32,000 bases of DNA from Mycolicibacterium smegmatis (GCF_001457595.1 NZ_LN831039.1:4560001-4592000); one strand, 5' to 3'. Shown: positions 18,521-30,978, counted from the stretch's first letter. Notes: a model not told the origin generated them from the sequence alone. Made by a program: numbers and translations.

Positions 18521-19563
18521 CGGCGCGGCCGCCCGTTCGAGGAACGACGCTGCGCCCGGTTGAGCATCGCGGGTTCCTCGTGACGCGCGTAGGCGTCGAC
18601 GATGTCGGACACCAGACGGTGGCGCACCACGTCGGCGCTGGTGAGCTCCGCGAAGTGGATGTCGTCGATGTTGTCGAGGATCTGCATGGCCGCACGCAGG
18701 CCCGAGGTGGCCCCGCCGGGCAGGTCCACCTGTGTGACGTCGCCCGTGACAACGATTTTCGAACCGAATCCCAGGCGCGTCAGGAACATCTTCATCTGCT
18801 CGGCAGTGGTGTTCTGGGCCTCGTCGAGGATGATGAACGCGTCGTTGAGGGTGCGGCCGCGCATGTACGCCAGCGGCGCGACCTCGATCACCCCGGCACT
18901 CATGAGCTTCGGGATGAGTTCGGTGTCCATCATGTCGTGCAGCGCGTCGTACAGCGGACGCAGGTACGGGTCGATCTTCTCGCTGAGCGTGCCGGGCAGG
19001 AAGCCGAGGCGCTCACCGGCTTCGACGGCCGGACGCGTCAGGATGATCCGGTTGACCTGCTTGGTCTGCAACGCGTTGACGGCCTTGGCCATCGCCAGGT
19101 AGGTCTTGCCGGTACCGGCGGGTCCGATGCCGAACACGATGGTGTGCGCGTCGATCGCATCGACGTAATGCTTCTGGTTGAGCGTCTTGGGCCGGATCGT
19201 CTTGCCGCGCCGCGACAGGATGTCCAGCGTCAGCACCTCGGCCGGGGACTCGTCGCCGGCGCCGGTGAGGATCGCCACGCTGTGGCGCACGGTTTCCGGT
19301 GTCACGGCCTGTCCGCTCGATGCCACGGCGACCAACTCGGCCACCACGCGCTCGGCGAGCGCCACGTCGGCGGGTTCACCGGAGAAGGTGACCTCGTTAC
19401 CGCGTACGTGCACGTCGGAGGTGAGAACTTTTTCGATGGCCCGAAGGTTCTCGTCAGCCGAGCCGAGCAGGCCCACGATGATGTCGGGCGGAACGGTGAT
19501 GCTGCTGCGGACAGATTCCTGTGCGGTGGCCGTCGAGTCAGCGTTCGTGTCGCGGGGCGTCAC
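18517..19563 (-). CDS. phoH: PhoH-like ATPase
   Basis: 348 aa with Walker A GPAGTGKT and an N-terminal KH-like extension. GTG start. Confidence 0.95.
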   Translation of the reverse strand: MTPRDTNADSTATAQESVRSSITVPPDIIVGLLGSADENLRAIEKVLTSDVHVRGNEVTFSGEPADVALAERVVAELVAVASSGQAVTPETVRHSVAILTGAGDESPAEVLTLDILSRRGKTIRPKTLNQKHYVDAIDAHTIVFGIGPAGTGKTYLAMAKAVNALQTKQVNRIILTRPAVEAGERLGFLPGTLSEKIDPYLRPLYDALHDMMDTELIPKLMSAGVIEVAPLAYMRGRTLNDAFIILDEAQNTTAEQMKMFLTRLGFGSKIVVTGDVTQVDLPGGATSGLRAAMQILDNIDDIHFAELTSADVVRHRLVSDIVDAYARHEEPAMLNRAQRRSSNGRPRR

Positions 19564-19676
19564 GTGGTGTTTCGTGCCTGCTTTCTGTGTTCTGTCGACG
19601 GCCGTGGTGACCGTGCTGCTGATCTGAGTTTACCGCTGGTCAAGGAGTCGGCCCAATGATTACGTCGGCCATACGC

Positions 19677-19706
19677 CGAGAGGCACCCCATCGGGGGTGC
19701 CTCTCG
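19677..19706 (-). terminator. perfect 13-bp GC-rich hairpin downstream of the small secreted-peptide ORF
   Basis: CGAGAGGCACCCC-ATCG-GGGGTGCCTCTCG begins 18 nt after the TGA at 19724-19726 on the minus strand. It has no U tract and separates that unit from the phoH operon. Confidence 0.5.
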
Positions 19707-19723
19707 CGCAGTTCAGTCTGTGG

Positions 19724-19891
19724 TCAGCGGCTCTGATGAACCGTGGTGTCCACCTGGGGCACGCTCACGTGCGGCCCGATCTGGTTGATCCAGGTGTGGT
19801 GGTCGACGCCCGCCTGCGCGGGGGCAGCCAAACCGAGGACCGCGGCGGCGAGGCCGGTGGCGACGATGCCTGCGAATCCGAACTTCTTCAT
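19724..19891 (-). CDS. small secreted peptide precursor (55 aa), not in the ORF track
   Basis: Manual translation gives MKKFGFAGIVATGLAAAVLGLAAPAQA|GVDHHTWINQIGPHVSVPQVDTTVHQSR*. It has a classic signal peptide with an AxA cleavage site, GC3 strongly G/C-biased, a purine-rich GAGAAGTTGAGATCG upstream of the ATG, and the hairpin terminator downstream. Confidence 0.6.
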   Translation of the reverse strand: MKKFGFAGIVATGLAAAVLGLAAPAQAGVDHHTWINQIGPHVSVPQVDTTVHQSR

Positions 19892-20004
19892 CGATCTCAA
19901 CTTCTCTCGTATCTGTCTCTGCTTTTTTCGAACCGTTACAGTTAAGTGAACCTGCAGGTGGCGGCATTAATTTCGCCGTAGGGCCGAATGTGGCAGGAAG
20001 CACA

Positions 20005-21426
<1,422 letters not shown>

Positions 21427-21453
21427 GGCGGGTCACCGCGACGTGTTCGCGAT

Positions 21454-21487
21454 GTTTCGGCGGCGAAACGCGCGAAATATATTCGCG
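21454..21487. promoter_or_regulatory. two adjacent palindromes in the rsmE-dctA spacer
   Basis: GTTTCG-GCGG-CGAAAC at 21454-21469 and CGCGAA-ATATA-TTCGCG at 21471-21487. The second contains the only AT-rich stretch upstream of dctA (minus strand TATATT, -10-like). Confidence 0.3.
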
Positions 21488-21495
21488 TTCGGCCG

Positions 21496-22236
21496 CTAGA
21501 TGTTCCAGCGCGACGTCAACGCGCCGAGAGCGCCCAGTGCCACCGCAGCGGCCGTCGAGGTGCGCAGCACCGTGGGGCCCAGACGCACGGCGTGTGCGCC
21601 AGCATCGGTCAGCGCGGCGATCTCGTCGTCGGCGATGCCACCTTCCGGGCCGATGATCAGGATCACCGAATCGGATTGGGCGACAGGTATTTCGGCGAAC
21701 GGCGCGGTGGCCGATTCGTGGAGTGCGAGCACCACAGAATCGGTGGACGCGATGCGGCGCAACAGATCCCGCGTCGACTCGACACCCGTGACGGTAGGGA
21801 TGTACGCGCGGCGGGACTGGCGGGCCGCCGAGCGGGCGACCGCACTCCAGCGGCGCAGACCCTTGTCGGCCTTGGGTCCGTCCCAGCGGGCCACGCACCG
21901 CGCGGACTGCCAGGCCACGAAGGCGTCGGCACCGGCCTCGGTGGCCAGTTCGATGGCGAGTTCGGAGCGATCCGATTTGGGCAGCGCCTGCACGACCGTC
22001 ACCGACGGGCGTGCGGGCGGGAGCGTCACCTGTTCGGTGATGCGTGCGGAGACACTGCCTTTCGCGGTGTTCTCGACGACGCAGTGCGCGAGCGTGCCCG
22101 CCCCGTCGCTGAGGTCGATGCGCTCGCCGACGCGAATGCGGCGCACATTGGCGGCGTGATGGCCCTCGTCGCCGTCGACGACGGCCAATTCCCCCGCACC
22201 GGGCAGCACGTCGACGTAGAACAGCGCCGCGCTCAT
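21496..22236 (-). CDS. rsmE: 16S rRNA (uracil1498-N3)-methyltransferase RsmE family (Rv2372c-like)
   Basis: Track ORF trimmed to ATG 22236 ([16 protein letters not shown]...). PUA-like N-terminus and the SPOUT motif IIGPEGG. The discarded extension overlaps dnaJ. Confidence 0.9.
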   Translation of the reverse strand: MSAALFYVDVLPGAGELAVVDGDEGHHAANVRRIRVGERIDLSDGAGTLAHCVVENTAKGSVSARITEQVTLPPARPSVTVVQALPKSDRSELAIELATEAGADAFVAWQSARCVARWDGPKADKGLRRWSAVARSAARQSRRAYIPTVTGVESTRDLLRRIASTDSVVLALHESATAPFAEIPVAQSDSVILIIGPEGGIADDEIAALTDAGAHAVRLGPTVLRTSTAAAVALGALGALTSRWNI

Positions 22237-22255
22237 GGTGTGGCGCCCACGTCCG

Positions 22256-23401
22256 TCAGCGACCGGTGAACGTCTCGCGCAGGCGGCTGAACAGGCCACC
22301 GCCGGAACCGGCGGAGCCCTGTGCCGTGCGCACCGAGGCGGTGTCGCGCGTGCGGTTCTCCTTGAACTTGCGCAGCAACTCGATGTCGGAGTTCTCCAGG
22401 CGTGTGGGCACCACGACGTCGATGTGGGCGTGCAGGTCACCACGAACACCCGAACGCAGATGCGGCATGCCGTGCCCGCGCAGCGTCGTCACGGAACCGG
22501 GCTGGGTGCCCGGCGGGATGGTCAGTTCGGTCGGCCCGTCGAGGATCGCGTCGACGGTGACCGTGCAGCCCAGCGCCGCGTCGACCATGGGCACCGAGAT
22601 CGTGCAGTGCAGATCGTCACCGTCGCGCACGAACACGTCGTGAGGCTTCTCGTGCACCTCGACGTACAGGTCGCCCGCGGGGCCGCCGCCGGGTCCGACC
22701 TCGCCCTGGGCGGCGAGCCGAACCCGCATGCCGTCGCCCACGCCCGCTGGGATCTTGACGCTGATGTCGCGGCGGGCGCGCACGCGGCCGTCGCCGCCGC
22801 AGCGGTGACACGGATCGGGGATCACCTCGCCGACGCCGCCGCAGACCGGACACGGCCGCGACGTCATCACCTGGCCGAGCAGCGACCGTTGCACGGTCTG
22901 GATCTCACCGCGGCCGCCGCACGTGTCGCAGGTGGCAGGCGACGAGTTGCCGTTGGTGCCCTTGCCGTGGCACAGATCGCACAGCACGGCCGTCTCGACG
23001 GTGACCTCCTTGGTCACGCCGGTGGCGCACTCTTCGAGGTCCAGGCGCATCCGCAGCAGTGAGTCCGAGCCCGGCCGGACGCGGCCGATCGGGCCGCGCG
23101 ACGTGGTGCCGCCACCGAAGAACGCCTCGAACACGTCACCGAGACCGCCGAACCCGCCGAAGCCGTTGGGCGCTCCGCCGACCGACTCCATCGGGTCGCC
23201 GCCCATGTCGACGATCCGGCGCTTCTCCGGATCGGACAGGACCTCGTATGCCTGTTGGATCTCGGTGAACCTGTGCTGGGCCTCCTCGTCGGGGTTGACG
23301 TCGGGGTGCAGCTCACGTGCCAAACGCCGGTAGGCGCGTTTGATCTCCGAATCGCTCGCACCCTTGCTCACTCCGAGCAGGCCGTAGTAATCACGTGCCA
23401 C
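22256..23401 (-). CDS. dnaJ2: chaperone DnaJ
   Basis: J-domain HPD (LHPDVNP), a Gly-rich linker, and four CxxCxGxG zinc-finger repeats ([32 protein letters not shown]). Confidence 0.96.
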   Translation of the reverse strand: MARDYYGLLGVSKGASDSEIKRAYRRLARELHPDVNPDEEAQHRFTEIQQAYEVLSDPEKRRIVDMGGDPMESVGGAPNGFGGFGGLGDVFEAFFGGGTTSRGPIGRVRPGSDSLLRMRLDLEECATGVTKEVTVETAVLCDLCHGKGTNGNSSPATCDTCGGRGEIQTVQRSLLGQVMTSRPCPVCGGVGEVIPDPCHRCGGDGRVRARRDISVKIPAGVGDGMRVRLAAQGEVGPGGGPAGDLYVEVHEKPHDVFVRDGDDLHCTISVPMVDAALGCTVTVDAILDGPTELTIPPGTQPGSVTTLRGHGMPHLRSGVRGDLHAHIDVVVPTRLENSDIELLRKFKENRTRDTASVRTAQGSAGSGGGLFSRLRETFTGR

Positions 23402-23465
23402 GCTGTCTTGCCTGACCTTTCTGTGCCGGGTTCTCCGGCTGCATCAAAGACTGTTTACCGACTGC

Positions 23466-24497
23466 CTAACGACTGCCGAGGACTTCGCCGATGTAGAGGG
23501 CGACCGCCGCGACGTTGGCGATGGTTCCGGGATAGTCCATCCGGGTCGGACCGACCACACCCATGCCGCCGTACACCTTGCCCGAACTGCCGTACGCGGT
23601 GCTCACCACCGACGCCCCGGCCATCTGCTCGGCCTCGGTCTCGTGACCGATCCGCACGGTCACCTTGCCTGCCTCCTGTTGGGCGGCCAACAGGCGCAGC
23701 ACCACGACCTGCTCCTCCAGCGCTTCGAGCACCGACCGCAGCGATCCGCCGAAGTCGGCGGTGTTACGGGTGAGGTTGGCGGTGCCGCCGAGCAGCAACC
23801 GTTCCTCGGTGTGCTCGACGAGGGTTTCCACGAGCACCGTCGCGGCGCGTCCCACGGCATCCCCCAGACGGTCGCTGCCGTTGAGGTGGCTCGCGAGATC
23901 CGACACCGCGATCGAGGCCTGCGCGAGCGGTTTGCCCTCCATGGCCTGACCGAGCATGTCACGCAGCTTGGACAGTTCGTGTTCGTCGATCGCGTCGCCG
24001 AGTTCGACGATCCGCTGGTCCACGCGCCCGGTGTCGGTGATCACCACCAGCAGCAGGCGGGCCGGGGTCAGCGCCACCACCTCGAGGTGGCGCACCGACG
24101 AGGTCGACAACGTCGGATACTGCACGATGGCGACCTGACGCGTCAGCTGCGCGAGCAGGCGTACCGCACGGCGCAGGACGTCATCGAGGTCGACCCCCGA
24201 TTCCAGGAAGTTCAGGATCGCGCGACGCTCCGACGACGACAGCGGCTTGACGTTGTCGATGCGGTCGACGAACTCGCGGTACCCCTTCTCGGTGGGGACC
24301 CGACCCGAGCTGGTGTGCGGCTGCGTGATGTAGCCCTCGGCCTCCAGAACCGCCATGTCGTTGCGCACGGTGGCACTGGAAACTCCCAGGTTGTGCCGCT
24401 CGACGAGCGTCTTCGACCCGATGGGTTCCTTGGTCGCGACGAAGTCGGCGACGATTGCACGCAGTACCTCGAAACGACGATCGTCGGCACTACCCAC
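23466..24497 (-). CDS. hrcA: heat-inducible transcription repressor HrcA
   Basis: 343 aa with N-terminal wHTH ([29 protein letters not shown]) and a C-terminal HrcA domain. Upstream of dnaJ2, as in mycobacteria. Confidence 0.96.
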   Translation of the reverse strand: MGSADDRRFEVLRAIVADFVATKEPIGSKTLVERHNLGVSSATVRNDMAVLEAEGYITQPHTSSGRVPTEKGYREFVDRIDNVKPLSSSERRAILNFLESGVDLDDVLRRAVRLLAQLTRQVAIVQYPTLSTSSVRHLEVVALTPARLLLVVITDTGRVDQRIVELGDAIDEHELSKLRDMLGQAMEGKPLAQASIAVSDLASHLNGSDRLGDAVGRAATVLVETLVEHTEERLLLGGTANLTRNTADFGGSLRSVLEALEEQVVVLRLLAAQQEAGKVTVRIGHETEAEQMAGASVVSTAYGSSGKVYGGMGVVGPTRMDYPGTIANVAAVALYIGEVLGSR

Positions 24498-24690
24498 ACC
24501 ATCACCTGCCCTTCGTAGCTGCGATTCCCCTATTTTACGGGTCCGGAGCAGGTCCTTTGCCGACCGAGTGTTCCGCGCCGTGAGCAGGTGAAAGCAACCG
24601 GTGGAAAATTCGCCGATCGGTACTAGCCTTTACACCCATGCCGCCGATGCCGAACCCGTGCAGCACGGGTGTCTCGCAGGTGCGCCAGCG

Positions 24691-25005
24691 ATGATCTTCA
24701 AAGGCGTCCTTGAGGGCAAACCGTATCCGGAGCACGGCCTGACCTATCGGGACTGGTCTCGCATCCCGCCCCGGCAGCTGCGCCTCGACGAGCTGGTGAC
24801 CACCACGACCGTGCTCGCGCTCGACCGCCTGCTGTCGGAGGACTCCACGTTCTACGGCGACCTGTTCCCCCACGCCGTGCGGTGGCGCGGCGACATCTAC
24901 CTGGAGGACGGGCTGCACCGCGCGGTGCGCGCAGCGCTGCGTAACCGCACGATCCTGCACGCCCGCCTGTTCGACATGGACGCGCTGGCGCCGCAGGAGG
25001 CCTGA
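24691..25005 (+). CDS. small conserved protein with ParB/sulfiredoxin-like DGxHR motif (Rv2375-like)
   Basis: Track ORF 24601..25005 trimmed to ATG 24691 (MIFKGVLEGKPYPEHG). GC3 upstream of 24691 in this frame is only about 60%. Motif YLEDGLHRAVRAAL. Confidence 0.7.
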   Translation: MIFKGVLEGKPYPEHGLTYRDWSRIPPRQLRLDELVTTTTVLALDRLLSEDSTFYGDLFPHAVRWRGDIYLEDGLHRAVRAALRNRTILHARLFDMDALAPQEA

Positions 25006-25011
25006 ACGGGC

Positions 25012-25221
25012 CTATCGAACGGCCTCGCGCAGCGTCCTCGGCCGCAGGTCGGTCCAGTTCGCCTCGACGTAATCCAGGCACTCGGCGCGGGTGCCCGCAC
25101 CGAACACCACACGCCAGCCCGTGGGCACATCGGCGAACGCCGGCCACAGGCTGTGCTGGTCCTCGTCGTTCACCAGCACGTAGAAGGTGCCGTTGTCGTC
25201 ATCGAACGGATTGGTGCTCAT
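25012..25221 (-). CDS. mbtH: MbtH-like protein
   Basis: 69 aa with the signature [19 protein letters not shown]. Confidence 0.95.
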   Translation of the reverse strand: MSTNPFDDDNGTFYVLVNDEDQHSLWPAFADVPTGWRVVFGAGTRAECLDYVEANWTDLRPRTLREAVR

Positions 25222-26530
25222 CGGTTCTCCTGATCGTTCGGTCGGTGGTCACGGACATCTCGGCGCCGAGCACCCGGTCGGACAGCAACCCGAGGCAGCT
25301 GAGGTTGGGAAATCCTGGTCCCTGGTTGAGGCCGGCCAGGCCGGGCAGGAACAGCTTGGGCGTCACGCCGGTGACCGCGAGGTCGTAGCCGATGGACTCC
25401 TGCAGGGTGTCGCCGGTCAGTGGGCGCCCCAGCCCCAGTTCGAGCTTGTCGAGCGCGTCCTGCGCCAGCAACGGCACGAACCACAGCGCGTCGGCACCGG
25501 AGCCGTCGATCACCAGGTCGAAGCCGTGCACGGTCTCCAGACGCTCGCTGCCGGAGTTGGTCTGCAGGGTCAGTCGGATCTTCTCGTCCCGGGCCACCGC
25601 GTGCGCGACGCGGCCGCGCAGGTGGCGGATGCGGTCGTCGGCGAGCAGCGACTCCTGGACGCGCGCCGAGAACACCCCGCGGTCGGTGCGGTTCATGGCG
25701 TCTCGTCGCTCGTCGAGCGTGAGTCCGGCCCAGTGCGTGGGGTCGGAGTACAGCGTGTTCTCGAAGAAACTCTCACCGCGCGTGAACAACGTGACCTGCG
25801 GAGAGATCACGGTGATCGCCGAAACCCGGTGGCGGAAAAGCTCGTTGAGCATCGTCGCGGCGGTCTCGCCGCCGCCGATCACCGCGACCCGCTCGGCGGA
25901 GATCAGCTCGTTGGCCGCCGCGCGGTGCCAGAACTGCGCGATGGACAACACACGCGGGTTGCCGGGAAGGATCGACCTCTCGGCCTGGCCGGGCCCGGTG
26001 ATCATCACGGCGTCGGCGGCCACGGTGTCCTCGTGGGTGTGCAACGTCCACGAGTTCTGGTCATCCCCGAGACCGATCCTGGTCACCTCGCCGGTGATCA
26101 GCGACATGCCGATGTTGTCGGCCACCCAGTTCAGGTACTGGCTCCACCGCCGATGAGTGGGTGCGGGCCTGCCGCGGTCGATCCACTCGGCGAACTGGCC
26201 GATGTCGACGAGATAGGACTGCCAGCTGTGCCGCATCATCCGTTCGTCGAGTTCGGCGTTGCGCCGTGGCACCAGCGACGAGCGGTACGGGAAGCCGACG
26301 TCCTTCTCGGGGCTCGTGCCGAGCCGGTGCTGCCCGTCGGTCCATCCGCCGACGGCCTGCCAGTTGGCGGCCACGCCCGCACGGTCGATGACGACGACCT
26401 CGGGCGCGGCGGCGCCCATCGCCCGCAGTTCAGCGGCCTTGGCTGCCACCGCGATTCCCTTGGGGCCCGCACCGATGACCGCCAGCCGTGGGGTCGTCTC
26501 GCTCACTCTCTCGCTCACCGTCTCGCTCAC
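25199..26530 (-). CDS. mbtG: L-lysine N6-monooxygenase (flavin-dependent N-hydroxylase)
   Basis: Track ORF trimmed to GTG 26530, which overlaps the mbtF stop as GTGA. FAD-binding fingerprint [10 protein letters not shown] and a second nucleotide-binding site [10 protein letters not shown]. Position between mbtF and mbtH. Confidence 0.92.
   Translation of the reverse strand: MSETVSERVSETTPRLAVIGAGPKGIAVAAKAAELRAMGAAAPEVVVIDRAGVAANWQAVGGWTDGQHRLGTSPEKDVGFPYRSSLVPRRNAELDERMMRHSWQSYLVDIGQFAEWIDRGRPAPTHRRWSQYLNWVADNIGMSLITGEVTRIGLGDDQNSWTLHTHEDTVAADAVMITGPGQAERSILPGNPRVLSIAQFWHRAAANELISAERVAVIGGGETAATMLNELFRHRVSAITVISPQVTLFTRGESFFENTLYSDPTHWAGLTLDERRDAMNRTDRGVFSARVQESLLADDRIRHLRGRVAHAVARDEKIRLTLQTNSGSERLETVHGFDLVIDGSGADALWFVPLLAQDALDKLELGLGRPLTGDTLQESIGYDLAVTGVTPKLFLPGLAGLNQGPGFPNLSCLGLLSDRVLGAEMSVTTDRTIRRTDEHQSVR
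26495..26530 (-). repeat. 3 x 12-bp tandem repeat (GTGAGCGAGACG / GTGAGCGAGAGA / GTGAGCGAGACG) encoding [12 protein letters not shown] at the mbtG N-terminus
   Basis: Read directly from the sequence. Each unit begins with an in-frame GTG. Confidence 0.9.
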
Positions 26531-29500
26531 TCGACCACCTCTCGCAACGCATCGAGCCACATGGTCTGCAATGTGCCAACTTCGGCGGCCGACAGGATGT
26601 CCGGCAGGGTCCGCCACTGTGCGCCCAGCACGGCCGATCCGTCCCGGTCGATCACCGCGGCCATGATCGTCAGTTCGTGGCGCACAGCGACATCCGGTTC
26701 GGGTATCGGCGTGACACCGGACAACAGTGACCGGTCCTGCAGCAGGGCATGATCGGCCGAATCCAGTTCGATACGGCCCAGGTAGTTCAGCAGCAACTGC
26801 GGGTCACGGTGCACACCAAGGCTTTCTGCGGTGTCCTCGCGCAGGTGGCGCAGCAGCCCGTAGTCGATCGGGTCGCCGGGGATGGCGGCGACCAGTTCGG
26901 CCACACCGCGCGCGTCGCCGGCGGTCACCCGCAGCGGGTAGATCATGCTGAGCAACCCGGCGGTGTCACCGGTGTCCACCTGGTGGGGGTCCTCCCCCAG
27001 ATCGGCCGACACCACGGCGTCGGCCCGGCCGTGGGTTTCCAGCGCCAAGAGCGGCGCGGGTGTCGGCTGTCCGCGTTCGCGTCGCCACGCGGTGACGGTC
27101 CGCGCCGTCGCCGCGGCGAGCACCTCGGTCACCGGGACCCCTCCGGTGAGCAATCGGGCCGTGAGATCCGCGTCGGCGAAGGTCATCTCGACCGCGATGT
27201 CGCGCATCCGGTCGGTTGCCGGATCGACGCGCCTGGCGCCGATGTCGGGATCGGCACCGTCGAACTGGCGGTGCCAGAAGTCGACGGTGTCGAGTTTCAG
27301 CGCACGCTCGGACAGCATGCGTGACCACCGCCGCAGCGACGTGTGCTCGCGCACCGGCGTCGGCTCCCGGCCGGATGCCAGTGCGTGCCAGGCGGTCTCG
27401 AGCTCGCCGACGACGATGCGCCACGACGCCGGGTCGAGCGCGAGCACATGGGCGGTGAGGATGAGCACACCGCCGGGCGCGTCGGGGTGACGCAGCCACA
27501 CCGCGTCGAGCATCGAACCCTGCTGCGGGTCGATGCGGTCCACCGACAGCGCGGCCTGCTCGGCCACGGCGTCGGCCAGGGTTCCCACCCCGACCGCCTC
27601 GGTGAGCACGTCACGAGGCCCGTGCGGCACCAGGGTGCGGGTGACCCGGTCGAGCCGGGTTCGCAGCACCTCGTGCCCGTCGACGACGGTACGAAGCAGG
27701 GTCCGCAACTGCGCGGCCGTGGTGCCCTCGGGCAGCCGGAACGCCTCGGTCTGCGCCAGCCGTCGCGGTTCGCCGTACTGGTAGAGCCAGCTTCCGTTCG
27801 GCAGCAACGGGATCGGGCCGGAATCCTCAGGAGTGTGGTCGACGGCAGCGTGGTGGGCGTCGGCGTCGATCGCCGCGGCGAGCTCACGCACGTTGGCGCA
27901 CTCCAGCATGAGCCGGGCCCGCAGCGCCAGACCGCGCCTGCGCACGGCCTGCACAACCGTCAGCGCAACGATGCTGTCCAGCCCCAGATCGAGGAACTCC
28001 GCGGTGACGTCGACCGCACGTGTGTCCAGCACCTCGGCCAGCACCTCGGCGACAACCCTCTCGGTATCGGTCGCCGGCCCTTGGAAACCACCGGACTGCC
28101 GCCCCGAGTCGAGCGCGGCCAGCCTGGCGTCGTCGACCTTGCCGTTGGTGGTCAGCGGGATCTCGTCGACGAGCAGGATGTGATGCGGCACCAGATATCT
28201 CGGCAACGTCGCGGCGAGCATGCGGCGCAGCTCCCCGGCCGCGTCCGCCAAGGAGGCATCGGTGACGACGTAGGCCACCAGGCGCGGCCCGCTGCGGTGG
28301 CGGCGCAGCGCGACGTGCGCGTGACGCACCTGTGGGTGCCGGTGCAGCGCCGCGGCGACCTCGCCGGGTTCGACGCGGAAACCGCGGATCTTGACCTGAT
28401 CGTCGCTGCGGCCCAGGAACTGCAGGGCCCCGTCGGGTGTCCGGCGCACCACGTCACCGGTGCGGTACATGCGCGCGCCCAGGGTGAACGGGTCGGCCAC
28501 GAACCGGGCCGCGGTCTCCCCTGGCCTGCCCACGTAGCCGCGCGTGAGCTGCCCACCGGCGAGGTACAACTCGCCGGCCACCCCGGCGGGCACCGGGCGC
28601 AGCCAGCTGTCGAGCACATAGGCGGCAGTCGGGTCGGTGGGTTTGCCGATGCACGGGTCGCGGTGGTCGGCGATCGCGGCGACCACGGCCTCCACGGTGG
28701 CCTCGGTGGGGCCGTAACAGTTGTGCGCCGACATCCAGGTGCGTTCGCACTCGGCCTGGATCGCCTGCCACAGCGCGGTGTCGATGGCCTCGCCGCCGAG
28801 TGCCAGCACCGCCAGCGGCACGGTGCTGAGCAGTCCGGCCGCGCGCAGTTGCGTGAACATCGACGGTGTCGTGTCGATCATGTCGATCCCGTGGCGCCCG
28901 ATGGTCTCCACGAGCGCCTCGGCGTCGCGCTGCACGTCGTCACCTACGATGTGGTTGGCGTGGCCGTCGAGCAACGCCACCAGCGGTTGCCACGCCGCGT
29001 CGAAGGTGAACGACCACGCGTGCGCGACACGCAGCGGATGCCCCACACGCTGCGCCGCGGGGCGCAACACGTTGCGGGCGTGATCGGCCGCGTACGCCAG
29101 CAGCGCCTGATGGGTTCCGATGACGCCCTTGGGCTTTCCGGTGGTCCCGGACGTGAAGACGATGTAGGCGCCCTGTCCGGGGTGCACGTGCGCGGGCCGG
29201 TAGTCGGCGGGCAGTTCGGCGTCCGCCGCGCGCACGGCGGACACGAACGCCTCGTCGACGATGATCGGTCGTTGCCCGTCGGGGTGGGTCTGGCGGAGGA
29301 TCTCGCCGACCCGTTCCCCGGGCATCGCCGGGTCCAGCGGCACGATCAGGCCGCCGGCCTTGAGCACGCCGAGCATCGCCACCACGTACTCGGGCCCGCG
29401 CGGCAGTCGTATCGGTACCGGGGTCTCCGTCGCCACGCCGCGCCGGCGCAGTTCGGCCGCGACACGGTCGGCCGCCTCGTCGAGCTGCCGGTAGGTGAGT

Positions 29501-30978
29501 TCCCCACCGTCCCAGGTCAGCGCGATCGACCCGAGTCGCTGCGCGGCCGTCTCGGTGAAGGCGGTGTGGAAACCACCGGTGCGGACGGTCGTGTCGGCGC
29601 GAGTCGCGGTAAATGTCCCGGGGGCATCTTCGTCGTCGAGGGTGACCGCGACGTCGCGCAGCGGCCGGTCCCACGACCGCAAGAGGCGCTGCACGACGGT
29701 GAGCACGCGGCGCCCCAGAGTGTGCGGGTCGAGCATTCCCAGTGCGCCGTCGAGTGTTTCGACGAGCACCGTGAGTCTGCCGTGGGTGGGGTGCGCGGCG
29801 ATGGTGACCGGAAAGTGCGACAGGCTCTCCAGCGCCGAGGGGCGCAACACGGCCCCGCCACCATCCGACCCGAGCGGGAACTCGTCGCTGCCCACCAGTC
29901 CGCCGGGTGGGAAGTTCTCGTACACCAGCAGCGTGTCGAACAGTTCACCGATACCGCCGAGCGCTCGGATCTCGGTGTGGCTGAGGTAGCTGTGGTCGCG
30001 CAGATCGGCGGCCTCGCGCTGCACCGCGAGGCACTGCCGGCCCACGGATCGCGCCGGATCGAGCCGGATGCGCAGCGGAACGGTGTTGATGAACAGGCCG
30101 ACCATGGACTCGACACCGGACAGTTCGTCGGGACGGCCCGACACGGTCACGCCGTACACCACGTCGGTGCGGTCGGTAAACGCCGAGAGGATTGCCGCCC
30201 AGGCCATCTGGAACAGCGTGTTGACCGTGACACCCCGCGCGCGTGCGCCGTCGAAGATCTCCGCGGACGCCTGCTCGTCCAGCGTGACCTCGGTGCGTGC
30301 GGGCAGTCCCGGTTCGGCCTCGCGGCCCGACAGCGCGGGCGACAGCAGTGTCGGGCCGTCCAGCCCGTCGAGGTGGGCGCGCCACCTCGCGCGGCTGGCG
30401 TCGTGATCGCGCCCGGCGAGCCAGCCGATGTAATCACGGTATGGACGCGGCGCCGCGGGGAACACCGCGGTGTCGCCGTCGGCCGCGTACAGCGTGATGT
30501 ACTCGCCCACGAACACGGGCAACGACCAGCCGTCGATCGCGATGTGGTGAGCCGTGACCACCAGACGCCAACGCTGCGCGGGCATCTCGATGAGCAGGAA
30601 CCGGATGAGCGGTCCACGCCCGAGATCGAAACGGCGCGTGCGCTCCTCGGCCTCGATGGCAGCGGCGGCCTCGGCCGTGGGCGCGGTGACGTGCCGCCAC
30701 GGGAGATCGACGGCCGTCGGCACCACCGCGACCGGGCGGGTCAGGTTGCCCTGGAAGAAACTCGCCCGCAGGTTGGGGTGGCGCACCAGCATCGCCTCGG
30801 CGCACGACCGCAGCAGCGCCGGATCGACGGCACCCTCGATGTCAGCCGCCATCGCGATGACGTACGGGTCGGCACCCGTGTCCTCCTCGGTGAGCCCGGC
30901 CAGCGAGTACAGGCCCTGCTGCAGCGGGCTCAGCGCCAGGACGTCCTCGATGCCCGGCGGGGTTCCGGTGGCGGTCAT
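26527..30978 (-). CDS. mbtF: mycobactin non-ribosomal peptide synthetase, C-A-PCP plus terminal C/E-like domain
   Basis: Start at ATG 30978, which overlaps the mbtE stop as ATGA. C domain [10 protein letters not shown] domain [38 protein letters not shown] and NGKVD. PCP LGLDSI. The terminal domain of about 427 aa carries [10 protein letters not shown]. No thioesterase domain. Confidence 0.93.
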   Translation of the reverse strand: MTATGTPPGIEDVLALSPLQQGLYSLAGLTEEDTGADPYVIAMAADIEGAVDPALLRSCAEAMLVRHPNLRASFFQGNLTRPVAVVPTAVDLPWRHVTAPTAEAAAAIEAEERTRRFDLGRGPLIRFLLIEMPAQRWRLVVTAHHIAIDGWSLPVFVGEYITLYAADGDTAVFPAAPRPYRDYIGWLAGRDHDASRARWRAHLDGLDGPTLLSPALSGREAEPGLPARTEVTLDEQASAEIFDGARARGVTVNTLFQMAWAAILSAFTDRTDVVYGVTVSGRPDELSGVESMVGLFINTVPLRIRLDPARSVGRQCLAVQREAADLRDHSYLSHTEIRALGGIGELFDTLLVYENFPPGGLVGSDEFPLGSDGGGAVLRPSALESLSHFPVTIAAHPTHGRLTVLVETLDGALGMLDPHTLGRRVLTVVQRLLRSWDRPLRDVAVTLDDEDAPGTFTATRADTTVRTGGFHTAFTETAAQRLGSIALTWDGGELTYRQLDEAADRVAAELRRRGVATETPVPIRLPRGPEYVVAMLGVLKAGGLIVPLDPAMPGERVGEILRQTHPDGQRPIIVDEAFVSAVRAADAELPADYRPAHVHPGQGAYIVFTSGTTGKPKGVIGTHQALLAYAADHARNVLRPAAQRVGHPLRVAHAWSFTFDAAWQPLVALLDGHANHIVGDDVQRDAEALVETIGRHGIDMIDTTPSMFTQLRAAGLLSTVPLAVLALGGEAIDTALWQAIQAECERTWMSAHNCYGPTEATVEAVVAAIADHRDPCIGKPTDPTAAYVLDSWLRPVPAGVAGELYLAGGQLTRGYVGRPGETAARFVADPFTLGARMYRTGDVVRRTPDGALQFLGRSDDQVKIRGFRVEPGEVAAALHRHPQVRHAHVALRRHRSGPRLVAYVVTDASLADAAGELRRMLAATLPRYLVPHHILLVDEIPLTTNGKVDDARLAALDSGRQSGGFQGPATDTERVVAEVLAEVLDTRAVDVTAEFLDLGLDSIVALTVVQAVRRRGLALRARLMLECANVRELAAAIDADAHHAAVDHTPEDSGPIPLLPNGSWLYQYGEPRRLAQTEAFRLPEGTTAAQLRTLLRTVVDGHEVLRTRLDRVTRTLVPHGPRDVLTEAVGVGTLADAVAEQAALSVDRIDPQQGSMLDAVWLRHPDAPGGVLILTAHVLALDPASWRIVVGELETAWHALASGREPTPVREHTSLRRWSRMLSERALKLDTVDFWHRQFDGADPDIGARRVDPATDRMRDIAVEMTFADADLTARLLTGGVPVTEVLAAATARTVTAWRRERGQPTPAPLLALETHGRADAVVSADLGEDPHQVDTGDTAGLLSMIYPLRVTAGDARGVAELVAAIPGDPIDYGLLRHLREDTAESLGVHRDPQLLLNYLGRIELDSADHALLQDRSLLSGVTPIPEPDVAVRHELTIMAAVIDRDGSAVLGAQWRTLPDILSAAEVGTLQTMWLDALREVVE

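Noticed and set aside
24498-24600. CIRCE operator (TTAGCACTC-N9-GAGTGCTAA) upstream of hrcA
   Set aside because: No match was found on either strand. Only a TAAAAT -10-like hexamer (24542-24547, minus strand) is visible.
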